From Camelus ferus (Eukaryota): a DNA stretch of 64,000 nucleotides. Of this stretch, positions 38,698 to 49,700 are shown one piece after another. The notes beneath the pieces are model-generated. The model was not told the origin of the DNA, did not search any database, and saw nothing but the letters and a program-made list of their open reading frames with translations. The stretch's first letter is position 1; each line of letters begins with the position of its first letter. A program made the translations under genes and the position numbers. The stretch covers positions 53,818,001 to 53,882,000 of the forward strand of contig NC_045697.1 in assembly GCF_009834535.1 (NCBI RefSeq), read 5' to 3'.

Positions 38698-39683
38698 TGG
38701 GGAGGGGGACTGCAGCAGTGGCTGAGGCCCAGGAGGGCATGGTCCTATAGCAGTAGAGCCCGGAGATGTACTGGGTCAAAGTTCCAATTCTGGCCCCAGG
38801 GGCGTCACAGAGCATCAGCACCTGTTCTCAGTGATGGCCTGTTAAAGCCCCCTGTCAGGACCCAGGGGGTGGGGTGCAGAGCAGCAGCGGTGTGGCCCTG
38901 GTAACGGTGGGGCAGAGCGCTGGCTGAAGACCCAGGGTGAGGAGCAGAGCGCAGCCCTGCGGCCCCAGCAATGAGAGCTTAAAGCCCTGACTCAGGACTC
39001 ACGGAAGGTGCGTCAGCAGCAGCAGCTCAGCCTAGGGAGTGGCCAGTCAGAGCCACAAGTAGGAATCCAGGGTGAGGTCCGAAGCAGTAGCAGCAGGGCC
39101 ACATTTATGGCAGGAACCCGCCCTGACTCGGAACCTGGGGCTCGGTGCACAGCAGCAGCTCCAGTCACACAAATGGCAAGGCCCGGTGACAACTCCATCA
39201 GGGAGAGCAGGTTACAGGAGGGACGGGGCCCCAAGGGTCAGGTCACACCACAGCTACATTTCCAGCCTCAGGAAAGACACAGAAGCAGGACTCTGGGCAG
39301 CTCTGTCAGCTGGAATCCGTGTTGGTAAAGATCTTGGAAGTCCTCTGTGTCAAAGGCCACAAACACCTAGGGTGGAGAGGCTTGCTGGGGTCCTCCAGGT
39401 CTCTTCTTCCCCAGGGGGTGAAATGCCTCCAGGGCATCTCTGCTGTGACAGGCTGCTCTGAACCAGGGCATGAGGCGAGGTAGGTAAAGTCTTTCCTGTG
39501 CTTTTCTACGTGGCCATCCTCAGTTTTGTAATCTGCAGGGATTCTGCTGCTGCTTCATTGTAGTCCAGACATTTTCCCCGAAATAACTTAACACCAGTTT
39601 GTAGTTATTCATTTATTGTTTTTGTTGTTTTTGTGGGTCTTAAAGTGTTGGGACCTCCTAACCCTCCATTGTGCTGATGTCAC
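38698..39683 (-). mobile_element. Antisense LINE-1 5' UTR (old L1M2/L1MA-type), head-to-head with the copy B promoter
   Basis: GC-rich; the reverse complement starts gtgacatcagcacaatggagggttaggaggtccc, like the L1M start gtgacgtcagcaagatggcg..taggaag; only about 50 bp survive in copy A (391-442). Confidence 0.65.
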
Positions 39684-39918
39684 CGTATCTCTAATTTTGT
39701 GTCAAGGAGCCTGCAGACACGAGAGCCCCTCACTTCCTATTGCTTTACATTAGTCTTATTACTTACATAATACAGTTGATTTGCAGGTTGTAAAGTCATC
39801 GACTTTTAGAGGGGTGTTAACACTGACAACACAATATAAAACAAACTGTACAATCGTGGATTTTTCTACATTTTGCCCTTTCACTTGATTTCCATGGCTG
39901 CTGACTACTCATAAAATG

Positions 39919-39925
39919 TGTTTAC
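39919..39925 (+). promoter_or_regulatory. Forkhead (FOXA/HNF3) core motif TGTTTAC, copy B only
   Basis: Exact TGTTTAC about 145 bp upstream of the ATG; the aligned copy A sequence is tataacgtactacta. Confidence 0.5.
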
Positions 39926-39930
39926 TTAAG

Positions 39931-39986
39931 GTGTAGGAGTTATAATTTAACTTCTTTAGTGTAGGAGTTATACTTTAACTTCTTGA
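39931..39986 (+). promoter_or_regulatory. 28-bp tandem duplication carrying two HNF1-like sites (39939-39951 and 39967-39979)
   Basis: gtgtaggaGTTATAATTTAACttcttta followed by gtgtaggaGTTATACTTTAACttcttga. Confidence 0.75.
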
Positions 39987-40002
39987 TTGATTTCTCCTTG
40001 GA

Positions 40003-40007
40003 TATAA
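40003..40007 (+). promoter_or_regulatory. TATA-like box, copy B
   Basis: GATATAAG 61 bp upstream of the ATG at 40064. Confidence 0.5.
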
Positions 40008-40063
40008 GCATGAGCAATAGCAAAAGGATAGAGAAATTTTCAAAAGTTTTGCATGTGAACAAG

Positions 40064-40784
40064 ATGTCCATGAAATGGCTCTCACTTTTGCTGCTGCTGC
40101 AGCTGAACTGCTACTTTAGCTCTGGGAGTTGTGGGAAGGTGCTCGTGTGGCCAGTGGAATATAGTCATTGGATTAATATGAATACAATTCTGGATGAACT
40201 TATCACGAGGGGTCATGAGGTGACTGTCCTGATATCTTCAGCTTCCATTTTTATTAATCCCAATACACAATCTTCTATTAAATTTGAGATTTTTCCAACA
40301 CTTTTAACTAAAGATAATTTTAAGTATATTTTCAAGCATTTGCTTGAAAAATGGATTAATTTTGCAAAAGATTCATTTTGGACTTACTTTTCAACAGTGC
40401 AAAGTACGTTTTTGGAATTTTCTGATATTCTTATCACAGGCTGTAAAGATCTTGTTTCGAACAAGAAACTTATGACAAAACTACATGAATCAAGGTTTGA
40501 CGTCGTTCTTGCAGATGCCATTGGGCCCTGTGGTGAGCTGCTGGCTGAGATACTTCAAATCCCATTAGTGTACAGTCTCCGCTTCTCTCCGGGCTTTGCA
40601 CTGGAGAAGTATGGTGGAAAACTTCCACTCCCACCATCCTACGTACCGGTTATCATGTCAGAATTAGGTGATCAAATGACATTCATGGAGAGGGTGAAAA
40701 ATATGATGTACGTACTTTATTTTGACTTTTGGTTCCAGACATTTAATGAGAAGAAGTGGAATCAGTTTTACAGTGAAGTACTAG
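40064..40784 (+). CDS. UGT2B: UGT2B copy B exon 1
   Basis: aagATGTCCATGAAATGG ... GTACTAG|gtaagt; 721 bp. Confidence 0.95.
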
Positions 40785-43700
40785 GTAAGTCATGTTTTCA
40801 GTTGGTGGCATAAAGTCCTAACTTTTCTAATGACTTTGAAGATGAAATCATATAAATAAAACATCACAGAAATTTGGGTTTTATAAGTGAAATGATAAAA
40901 TGAAAGTATAAAATGTTTCATCAATTTCATAATAATTATGGAAACATTAATTCATGGGGTAAGGCCCATTACTAGCGCAGGACACTCCGGGAGTCATAAA
41001 CCATAAATTGAAGCACCTAAGACATCTCCAAGAAACTAAGTATCCATCTTACTAAACTTTTTTTAACTTTAAAAAGGTGACTAAAATGTCTTCTTAAAAA
41101 AATGTAGACTTAAGAGCTATGCCCATATTTGTAGCATAGGTAACTAGGTGGCATTTAGAAATTGTTTCTACTTGTGTAGCTCAGTTTCCACATTATAGTA
41201 TAGTATAGCAGAGTCACAAAAAAATATATTTGCTTTATCAAAGAACAGCCACTTTCAGACATCTTTGACTACATCATTCCAAGCTCCATTTCAAATATTG
41301 CTTAATATATACACATGGCAATATTCTCATTTGATCGAACATTTGTTCTTTTTGTCTTTGTTTTTTCCTTTCAGGAAGACCCACTACATTATTTGAGACA
41401 ATTGGGAAAGCTGACATGTGGCTCATTCGAACCTTTTGGGATTTTGAATTCCCTCACCCATTGCTACCAAATTTTGAATTTGTAGGAGGCCTCCACTGCA
41501 GACCTGCTAAACCTTTGCCTATGGTAACATGTTCCTATTTATTTTGTTTTCCTTACTTTGCATTTTCAGGGGAATACTTATGCAGTCTTTATTTACAATG
41601 GTTTATACAACAGAGAAATTGGGAAGCCGGATAAAGTGACTTGTCAATTAGAAACTCTTATTTCTATACTAGCACAAGTATGTGAAATTCATTACCATTA
41701 CAGAATAAATTGGGACATCTGGAGGACTTATACTATTTTAAATTACAGCCTTCATTATTCAACACATAATAAAGCATCAGTCATAAAAATAATTATAAAG
41801 GGACTCGCCTATACCAGAAGTGAGTGCTCATATGCAGAGGAATGATATAAACACAGTTTCTGCCACCTGACAGTCTACTGGAAAGACAGAATACAGGCAA
41901 GTCGTAAACATTGTGTAAAGAGTGTTATAATAAGGGAAGACCACAATGCTAAGGAAACATTCACAGAATTCATAGAAAGTATCTCTGATTCTTTGATAAT
42001 TAAGGTCAGATCTGAACATGTGCAGGAATAAGCAGACGGGGTAGGTCAGGGGTGGAGGAAGATACAAAAGACAGCCAGGGAGAGTAGTTAGTGACAGTTC
42101 CCAAGAAGTCCAAGTTTAGTCTGAACAGGAAGAGGCTGAGTAAAGAGACAGATGGTGCTGGAGAATTAAGCTGGAGACAGACATTCTAAGGAGTGTGAAG
42201 CATCTAATAGGGGCATTCGGGAAAAAATTAAGAGTGTTAAGAAAGGGAGAGGTACAATCACATTTAAAGAAAAACACAGGATGTAGTCACTGGGTTGGGT
42301 TATGAAGGGGTAAGAGTAGAAAGGGAGACCATTTCACAGGTTTGCTGAGAGATACAGGCAACAATGATGGAAAACTAGACTACAATGTTCACAGAGACAT
42401 GATCATACTGACTCATATTAACAGCATGAATCTCATACAGTTGTAGTGGGGAAAAAAGTTGTTAGTACACATGAAACATCCAAAATGTCTAGCACATATT
42501 CACTGATCCAGAAGAAATATTAACTATTGTCTTTATTGTTATTTTGTTACTATTACACTATCAATAATCCAACATGTGCCAGCCACCTGGATCTAAATCA
42601 TAATTGAATAGGAAGTGATTTTCCAACACATCAAGATTATATGATCTATCAAAGTCCTAGAGAGTAGATAGCCCATGGAGTGCATTAAAAGCATTTTTAA
42701 AAGATTTTTAATCAAAAAATTTAAGTTAATAACAGCATATACTAAATTAATTAAAAACTGAATTTAAATAAAATATATTTTAATATACCTAACTTAATCT
42801 TAAATGTTGAGAATTTTTTAATGTTTTGGACAATCAGATGAGCAAGATGACAAGCTAAAAATTTTTTATAAGCGTTGAGGCTCTTCACGAGGGACCATTC
42901 CTCAAAAATACAAATGAATGCCCCTACAATTTCTGCACCAAATCCAACATTTTCTTGCTTCCACAACAGCGTTTAAACCATTCCTCATCTAAAATCCTGG
43001 AGTTTTACATCTTATAGCATAGAAGATATAAATTAGTCTATTAGAACAGGTGTTTTCTGCCTAAACTAAGCATACAGAAAACCTCAGCACAGCTCCCTTA
43101 AGGAACACGGGTCTCAACATTGTAGCTGCTGACAGAATGAGCAGACAGAAAATGTACACTGCGTATATAAGCACATTAATTCTGCACACTAACAGTAAAG
43201 ACCAAATAATTTCTACCACTTAAATACAAAAACTACCCATAGTTTCAAATTACAAAAATTCTCTTCAGTTTATAAGATACTATTCCTTATGAAGGAAAGC
43301 AAGAAGCTAATCTGTTTTAAATTGACATGCTGTTTTAAATTGATTCAAGATATAAATAGTAAGCAAGCAATCTTTAGCAAACTATTTTGTGATCTCTTAG
43401 GAGATCCTTTTTGATTACTCCTTATTAGTGGAAAAATGAAACATATCTTTTTCAACTGTCAAACACAATATCTCATTTGTTTACAAATTGTTTTGGTATT
43501 CAGTGGTAAACTGTCACAGCGTCCAAAGGCTGAAATAAAATCAGTGAAAATTATATCTAACTCCATTTTTCAAAGATATCCCCATTCTCCTTTCAAGCAA
43601 GTCAGTGTTAGTAGGAGAGAAAGGACCAGAGAAAGAAGGACAAATAGAAAGATGAATAGTAATATAATGATATTAGTAATAGTAGCTGTTGTTATTAAGT

Positions 43701-46700
43701 TGCAAAACAAGAGATGAATGCAAGAGAATGTCTGCAAACTACTAACTTTCAAACTACTAACTTTTCTGTTAATTATTCCTTCAAACTACTAACTTTTCCA
43801 TTAATTATGAGGTTCTCAGAAAATTACTGAGGAACATTATGATACCTGATCTTGTCTTTGATCCATTCCGATTTAATTTTTTGAGAGGTCTAAAATAGGG
43901 GTCTCATCATTTTTTTTCCATGTGCTTATCCAGTTTTCTTAGAAGAAAAGAAGAGACTACCATTTCCCCAGTGGGTGGTGTTCCCTCCCTTGTTGAATAT
44001 TAGTTGACTATATATGCAGGCATTTAATTCGGGACTCTGTATTCTATTTCATTTGTGTCGATCTATTTCTCTATTTTTAGGGCAGTACCACACTGTTAAA
44101 TACTACAACTTTGTAGTAATACTTTGGAATTGGTAGGTGTGAGGCCTTTGGCTTTGGGTAGTGTGGATAGTGTAGCAATATTAATTCTTCTGATCCATGA
44201 ACACTGGATGACTTTCTTTTTGTGTGTGTTTTCTTCACATCTTTCAACAAAGTCTTGTAATTATTACTGTATAGATTTTTCACTTCATTGGCTAAAATTA
44301 TTTCCAGTTATTTTATTGTTTTTCATGCTATGTTGAATGAAATAATTTTTCATATATTTCGTTATTAATAGAGAGAAAAGCAACTGACTTCTGTATGTTG
44401 AATTTATGTTATATCCTGCAACTTTACAGAATTTGTTCATTAGTTAAAGCTTTTGGTTGACTCTTTGGGATTTTCCATACAAAAAAATCATATCATCTGC
44501 AAAAAAATGAAAATTTTACTTCTTCCTTTCTCATTTGGATGTCTTTAATTTCTTTGTCTTGCCTGGATGCTCTATGCTGGGACTTTTAGTACTACGTCGA
44601 CTGGAAGTGTGAGAGTGGGAACCCTTGCCTTTTCCTGATCTTAGAGAAAAATATTTCAAATTTTCACTATTCACTACAATGTTAGATTTGGGTTTGTCAT
44701 ATGTGGCCTTTATTTTGTTGAAAAATATTCCTTCTATATACCCAACATGGTCAGGTTTTTTATCTTAAAGGGATTTTGTATCTTGTCAAATTCTCTTCCT
44801 ACAGCTATTGAGATGATCAACTTATTTTATCTTTCATTCTGTTAATGCAATGTATTTCATTTATTGATTTCAGCATGTTGAAATTTCCTTGCATCTTACA
44901 GGTAAATTACACTGGGTCATGGTATATATTACTATTAATGTGTTCTAGAATTTAGCTAGCAGACATTGTGCTGAGAATTTTTTAATCTATATTCATTCTC
45001 GATATTGGCGTATACCTTCCTTTACTTGCAATGTCCTTATCTACTTGGTATCTCCATATACTGGCTTTGAAGAATGAATTTTGAAGTGTTCTCTCCCACC
45101 TGTAAGTTTTTTCTGGAAAAGTTTTTCAAGGACTCGCATTAAGTATTCCTTAAATATTTGATAGAATTTATCAGTGAAGAGGTCTGGTGCTGGGGTTTTC
45201 TGTGTTCAGAGTTTTGTAATTACTGATTCAATATCTTAACTCATTTTGACTGTTCAGATTTTGTAATTCTTTCTGATTCAGTCTTTATTGATTTCTTGTT
45301 TCTACAAATGTAGCCATTCTTCTTGGTTATGTATTTTCTTGCCATAGAATTCTTTATAGAAATCTCTCATGATCCAGTGAATTTCTGGAGTCTCAATTGT
45401 AATGTCTTCTCTTTCATTTCGAATTTCATCTATTTGAGTTTTCTTCCTTCCTTAGTCTAGCTAAAGGTTGTCATCAGTTTCTCTTTTTGAACATGCAGAG
45501 AAAGAAAAATTCTGTATTATACTTCTTCTGTGTGAAATCTAAAAAAGTCAATCATATAAACTGAAAGCAGTATGGTGATTACCAAGGGCTAGAGGGTGGG
45601 AGAAAAGGAGAGATGTTATTTAAGGGTATGAACTTGCATCTCATAGTAAATTAGCCCTAGAGATTTAAGGTAAAGGATAGTGAGTATAGATAACAATATA
45701 TTCTAATCATCAAACTTGATAAGAGACTAGACCTTATTTTTTCCAACCGCAAAAGAAAAATGATAATCATCTGACATGACAGAGGTGCAACCTACCACCA
45801 AGATGGTAATCCTATTACAATCTGTTAAGTGTATCAAATCAGTAAGTTATACAACTGAAATAATGTTATACCTCTAACATATTTCATCATTAAAAAATAT
45901 TTATAAATTTTAAACTAAGGATATCCCTAGACAGAGGGTAGAATATATCTTATTTTAATTTAATAATTTTTCGTATTTTTAATACTTTAATGTCATGACC
46001 TTATATTATTTTCATACAGATGTCAGACAATGAGAATAACCAGTCCACAACAGTGATTAACTTTTAAATAGAGGATGTATTACAATAATATGATAGGGAT
46101 GCATCTTCTACAGGAGAGATGAGGCAGCTTTGGGGAGCAAACCAATGAGGGAAAAACAAAGAACACAGGTAACCTTAAATGCTGGGACAAGTCACTGGAA
46201 ATACACACATTACCTAGATGCACCATGAGAGTCATAGGGAAGTTCAGAGACATTAATAGCAAAACTGATCATCAGGATGAAATTATACTTTTGAAGAATG
46301 ATCTACACGGTATAGTCTACAAGGTTAAAGTTTGTAAGAAATTGCCTATTTTCTTGTTCCTATTAAAAACAGTTTTGAAAACAACTTTAAAATAGGCTTC
46401 TATTCTTTAGCACAGGGAACTATAGTCAATATCTGATAATAATCTATAATGAAAAAGAATATAAAAAGGAATGTGTGTGTGTATATATGTGTGTATATAT
46501 ATTACATATATATATAAATTAATACCAACTCTGTACACCAGAAATTAACACAGCATTGTAAACTGACTATACTTCTATAAAAAATTTTTTATGACATTAA
46601 TCATGATCATAAACTATACATTTTAAATGGAAGGATTAGGTCAGAATTTTCCAGAGAGAAAAGAATAATGAATGTAAAAAAGAAGAAAGGCATTTCAAAA

Positions 46701-49700
46701 AGAGGAGTATATGGTTTCATCAGATAATCAGGAAAATTTTGCTCCTCTGCATTTTTTTTGTTATACAGAATATTGAACAATGTGGAATTATTCTAGTGCA
46801 GAAAGTAAAATTTTTTAAATTAGGCTCAAGGACTACAAGACAAAATAATTCTGAAAGAATTCCAATCAAATACAGCTTCACCAGGAGCCTCATTTAGTTT
46901 GACATGAACTACTCATAGGTGATCAGATCTCTGCTACAGAAAGCCTGGTGTACCTCTCCCACTGTGGGGCAGGTGCTCCCCCAGGGACTTAGTGAGGTGA
47001 GGATGAGGGTCCCTCACAGCCACTTACACATAGCACATCCTACTGTGACAGCAAATATACAACATGATTTCAGGGCAGAGTGTGTCCAATGGAAACAAAC
47101 CCAGCAGTATGGTCACTCAGAAATGCAACTACATAAGTACATCTCTTGGTTATTAACAGGACACACAAGGCTGTTTCACAGAAATTCTAAACTATAATAC
47201 CAGACTCCTCAATGTCAGTGACTCGTAATTTAGAGACAGATTTGGGGAACTTTTGAGTAACTTTAAGTTAAGGTTTGAGGATTATAGATCTGTGAGAAGG
47301 ATAAAGTCATTCAAATCCTAACTTTTTCTTAGTGATCATAGTCAGGGAAATGAAATACTAATGACTAATCTAAAATAATTCTCTAAAAAGTACCTGGAAT
47401 AAACAAATGATTTAGGAGAACTATAATAAGAAAGAATTAAAGGTGAGTTAAGATCCTGCTGTGTGACCTCCTTCCAAGGATCTATGTTAGTAATTAATAA
47501 CATGACTGATGAAGAGTCTAACACTGTTTACCAGTGTGTCCTCCTCACTACTGTGTACTGCCTCTATCTCATTTTTGCTTATACACACACCCACACACAT
47601 TTGCACAAGTACATGTAATAGAAGACACTGACCTCAAATCACACATCTCCTTCAACCCTGAGGTCCATTTTTAAAAAGCCATTATTTAAAACTTTTGAGG
47701 AATTTCCTCAAAAAATATAAAATAGAGTTACCATACGGTCCAGCTATTTCTCTTCTGGCTGTGTATCCAAAAGAATTGAACCTAGAATCCCAAATAGCTA
47801 TTTGTTCACCATAATCTTGAAAGCACTATTCACAAGAGACGAGAAACTGAAGCAACTCAGGTGTACATGAACAGAAAACACAAACAACAAAATATGGAAT
47901 ACACAAACACTGGGTTATTACTTAGTCATTAAAAGGAGATTCTGACACATGACACAACATGGATGAACTTCAGGAGAAGGGCATAAGCCAGTCACAAAAA
48001 GACAAGTACTATACAACTCAATGTATATGAGGTATCTAGACTAATCAAATTTGTAGAAACACAGAGTAGAATGATGATTCCCAGGGGCTGGGATCAAAGA
48101 GGAAAATGGAGTTTTTAATGGGCACAGACTTCCAGTTTTGCCAGATGAAAAAGTTCTGCAGATTGGTTCCGCAATGCGAATATACTTAACATTTCTGAAC
48201 TATAGACTTAGGAATGACTAAGATGGTAAACTGCATCTTGTGTATATTTTACCTTTTTTTTTTTTTCAAAAAGCTACTACCGTAATAATTCCTGACTATA
48301 ACAGATTTTTTCTCTTCAGCTGTTTGTATTAATCTTTCAATAATGTTTGCTACACTGTTGCTCTTTTGTAATGGAGAAAATTCTTTTTTGACAGGAAATG
48401 GAAGAGTTTGTCCAGAGCTCAGGAGAAGATGGTATTGTGGTGTTTACTTTGGGGTCAATTGTCACTAACATAACAGAAGAAAGAGCCAATATGATTGCAT
48501 CAGCCCTTGCCCAGATTCCACAAAAGGTAGATAAAGCAGCATAATAGTGGACAACCATACAATGAGACTATTAAATTCTGTAAAAAGTATGATTACATAT
48601 TCTGCAAGAAAGGTAAATTATTATGATAGCTCCAATGTATCTCAAGTATTTAAAAATCAAAATATACACAGCAGGTCCTACAATAATACAGAGAGTATCT
48701 TTGACAATGACTTTTGGATTCACATTGTAATCAAATAAATGTATTTAAGAGATGCAGTGTGAAATCTGGTATTATAATGGTATGTGGGCAGGTAGAAAAA
48801 TCACCAAATTCTGCCTTGTCATTGCTCCTTTATCTCTGAAGGATTCCTGAGGACATAGTACACATACAGAAGTTCTCAGGAGTTAAATTTTAACAGAAAT
48901 TGTACTAGCACAGTAATGTTGAACAGCAGTGATCAAAGTCAGAAATATGCCATGCAGTTTGTGCTTGCCAGGTAATCCTGGGCCCCATCACTTCCTCTAA
49001 ATTTTGCAACAGACCCATTCAGTGTGCTTTTCAGGGTGCTATTCAGAGAAAGGTTGGTCAGGGCTCCCCAAGCTGCCTCCAGACACCCATCCAGCCACCA
49101 TGATTTAGACAAAGACAAACATCAGCCTGCCCTGGGTGACTGAGCCCTGCCAAAGCCTAAAGCAGGAAGATGAAAGAGAAAGGATGGAGATGGGGTCCTG
49201 CCCTTAAGGTGGATCCTATGCATTATAAAGTGTGGACCTTAATGAACTCTGCTTCCAGCCTATCAGGTTACTCTTCCTGACTGAGGAGGGAGAAGGGCAA
49301 GAGTCAAACATAAGGAAGACTGGCATGGAAAAGATTCTGCTGCCTCCTTCTCCATATTATGTAGTAACTTATTCTCTAGTAAATAAAATACACCTGGGAT
49401 CTTTTGTTATTTACGAACTACTTTTTACTTTACTATCCGATATTGTGGTCTTCTCACAAACACCTATGCTAATTTTTTGTTGAGAACTTAGTCATTTCAT
49501 TCACATAGCAAACAGAAATGAAACACCAGTTAAATTATAATCCAGCTTATGAGAATTGCTAGGAAGTCCAAAATAGGTATCTTATTTTGGTATTGAGTAT
49601 AAAAACCACATTAACCACTGCTGTCAATGCATTGTGCTTCACTGTTGAAGTGTTCGGGGTCAGTTGAATAAATTTTAGTATCCCTATTTTGGAGCTTTTT

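Noticed and set aside
38698..39461. GC-rich overlapping ORFs (106, 129, 73 aa) as a novel gene or CpG island
   Set aside because: They lie within an antisense L1 5' UTR relic with few CpGs; open frames are expected from the base composition
39983..40063. 27-aa N-terminal extension of the 276-aa ORF
   Set aside because: It starts at a non-ATG codon upstream of the TATA-like box; ATG 40064 gives the standard signal peptide, H35 numbering and 721-bp exon
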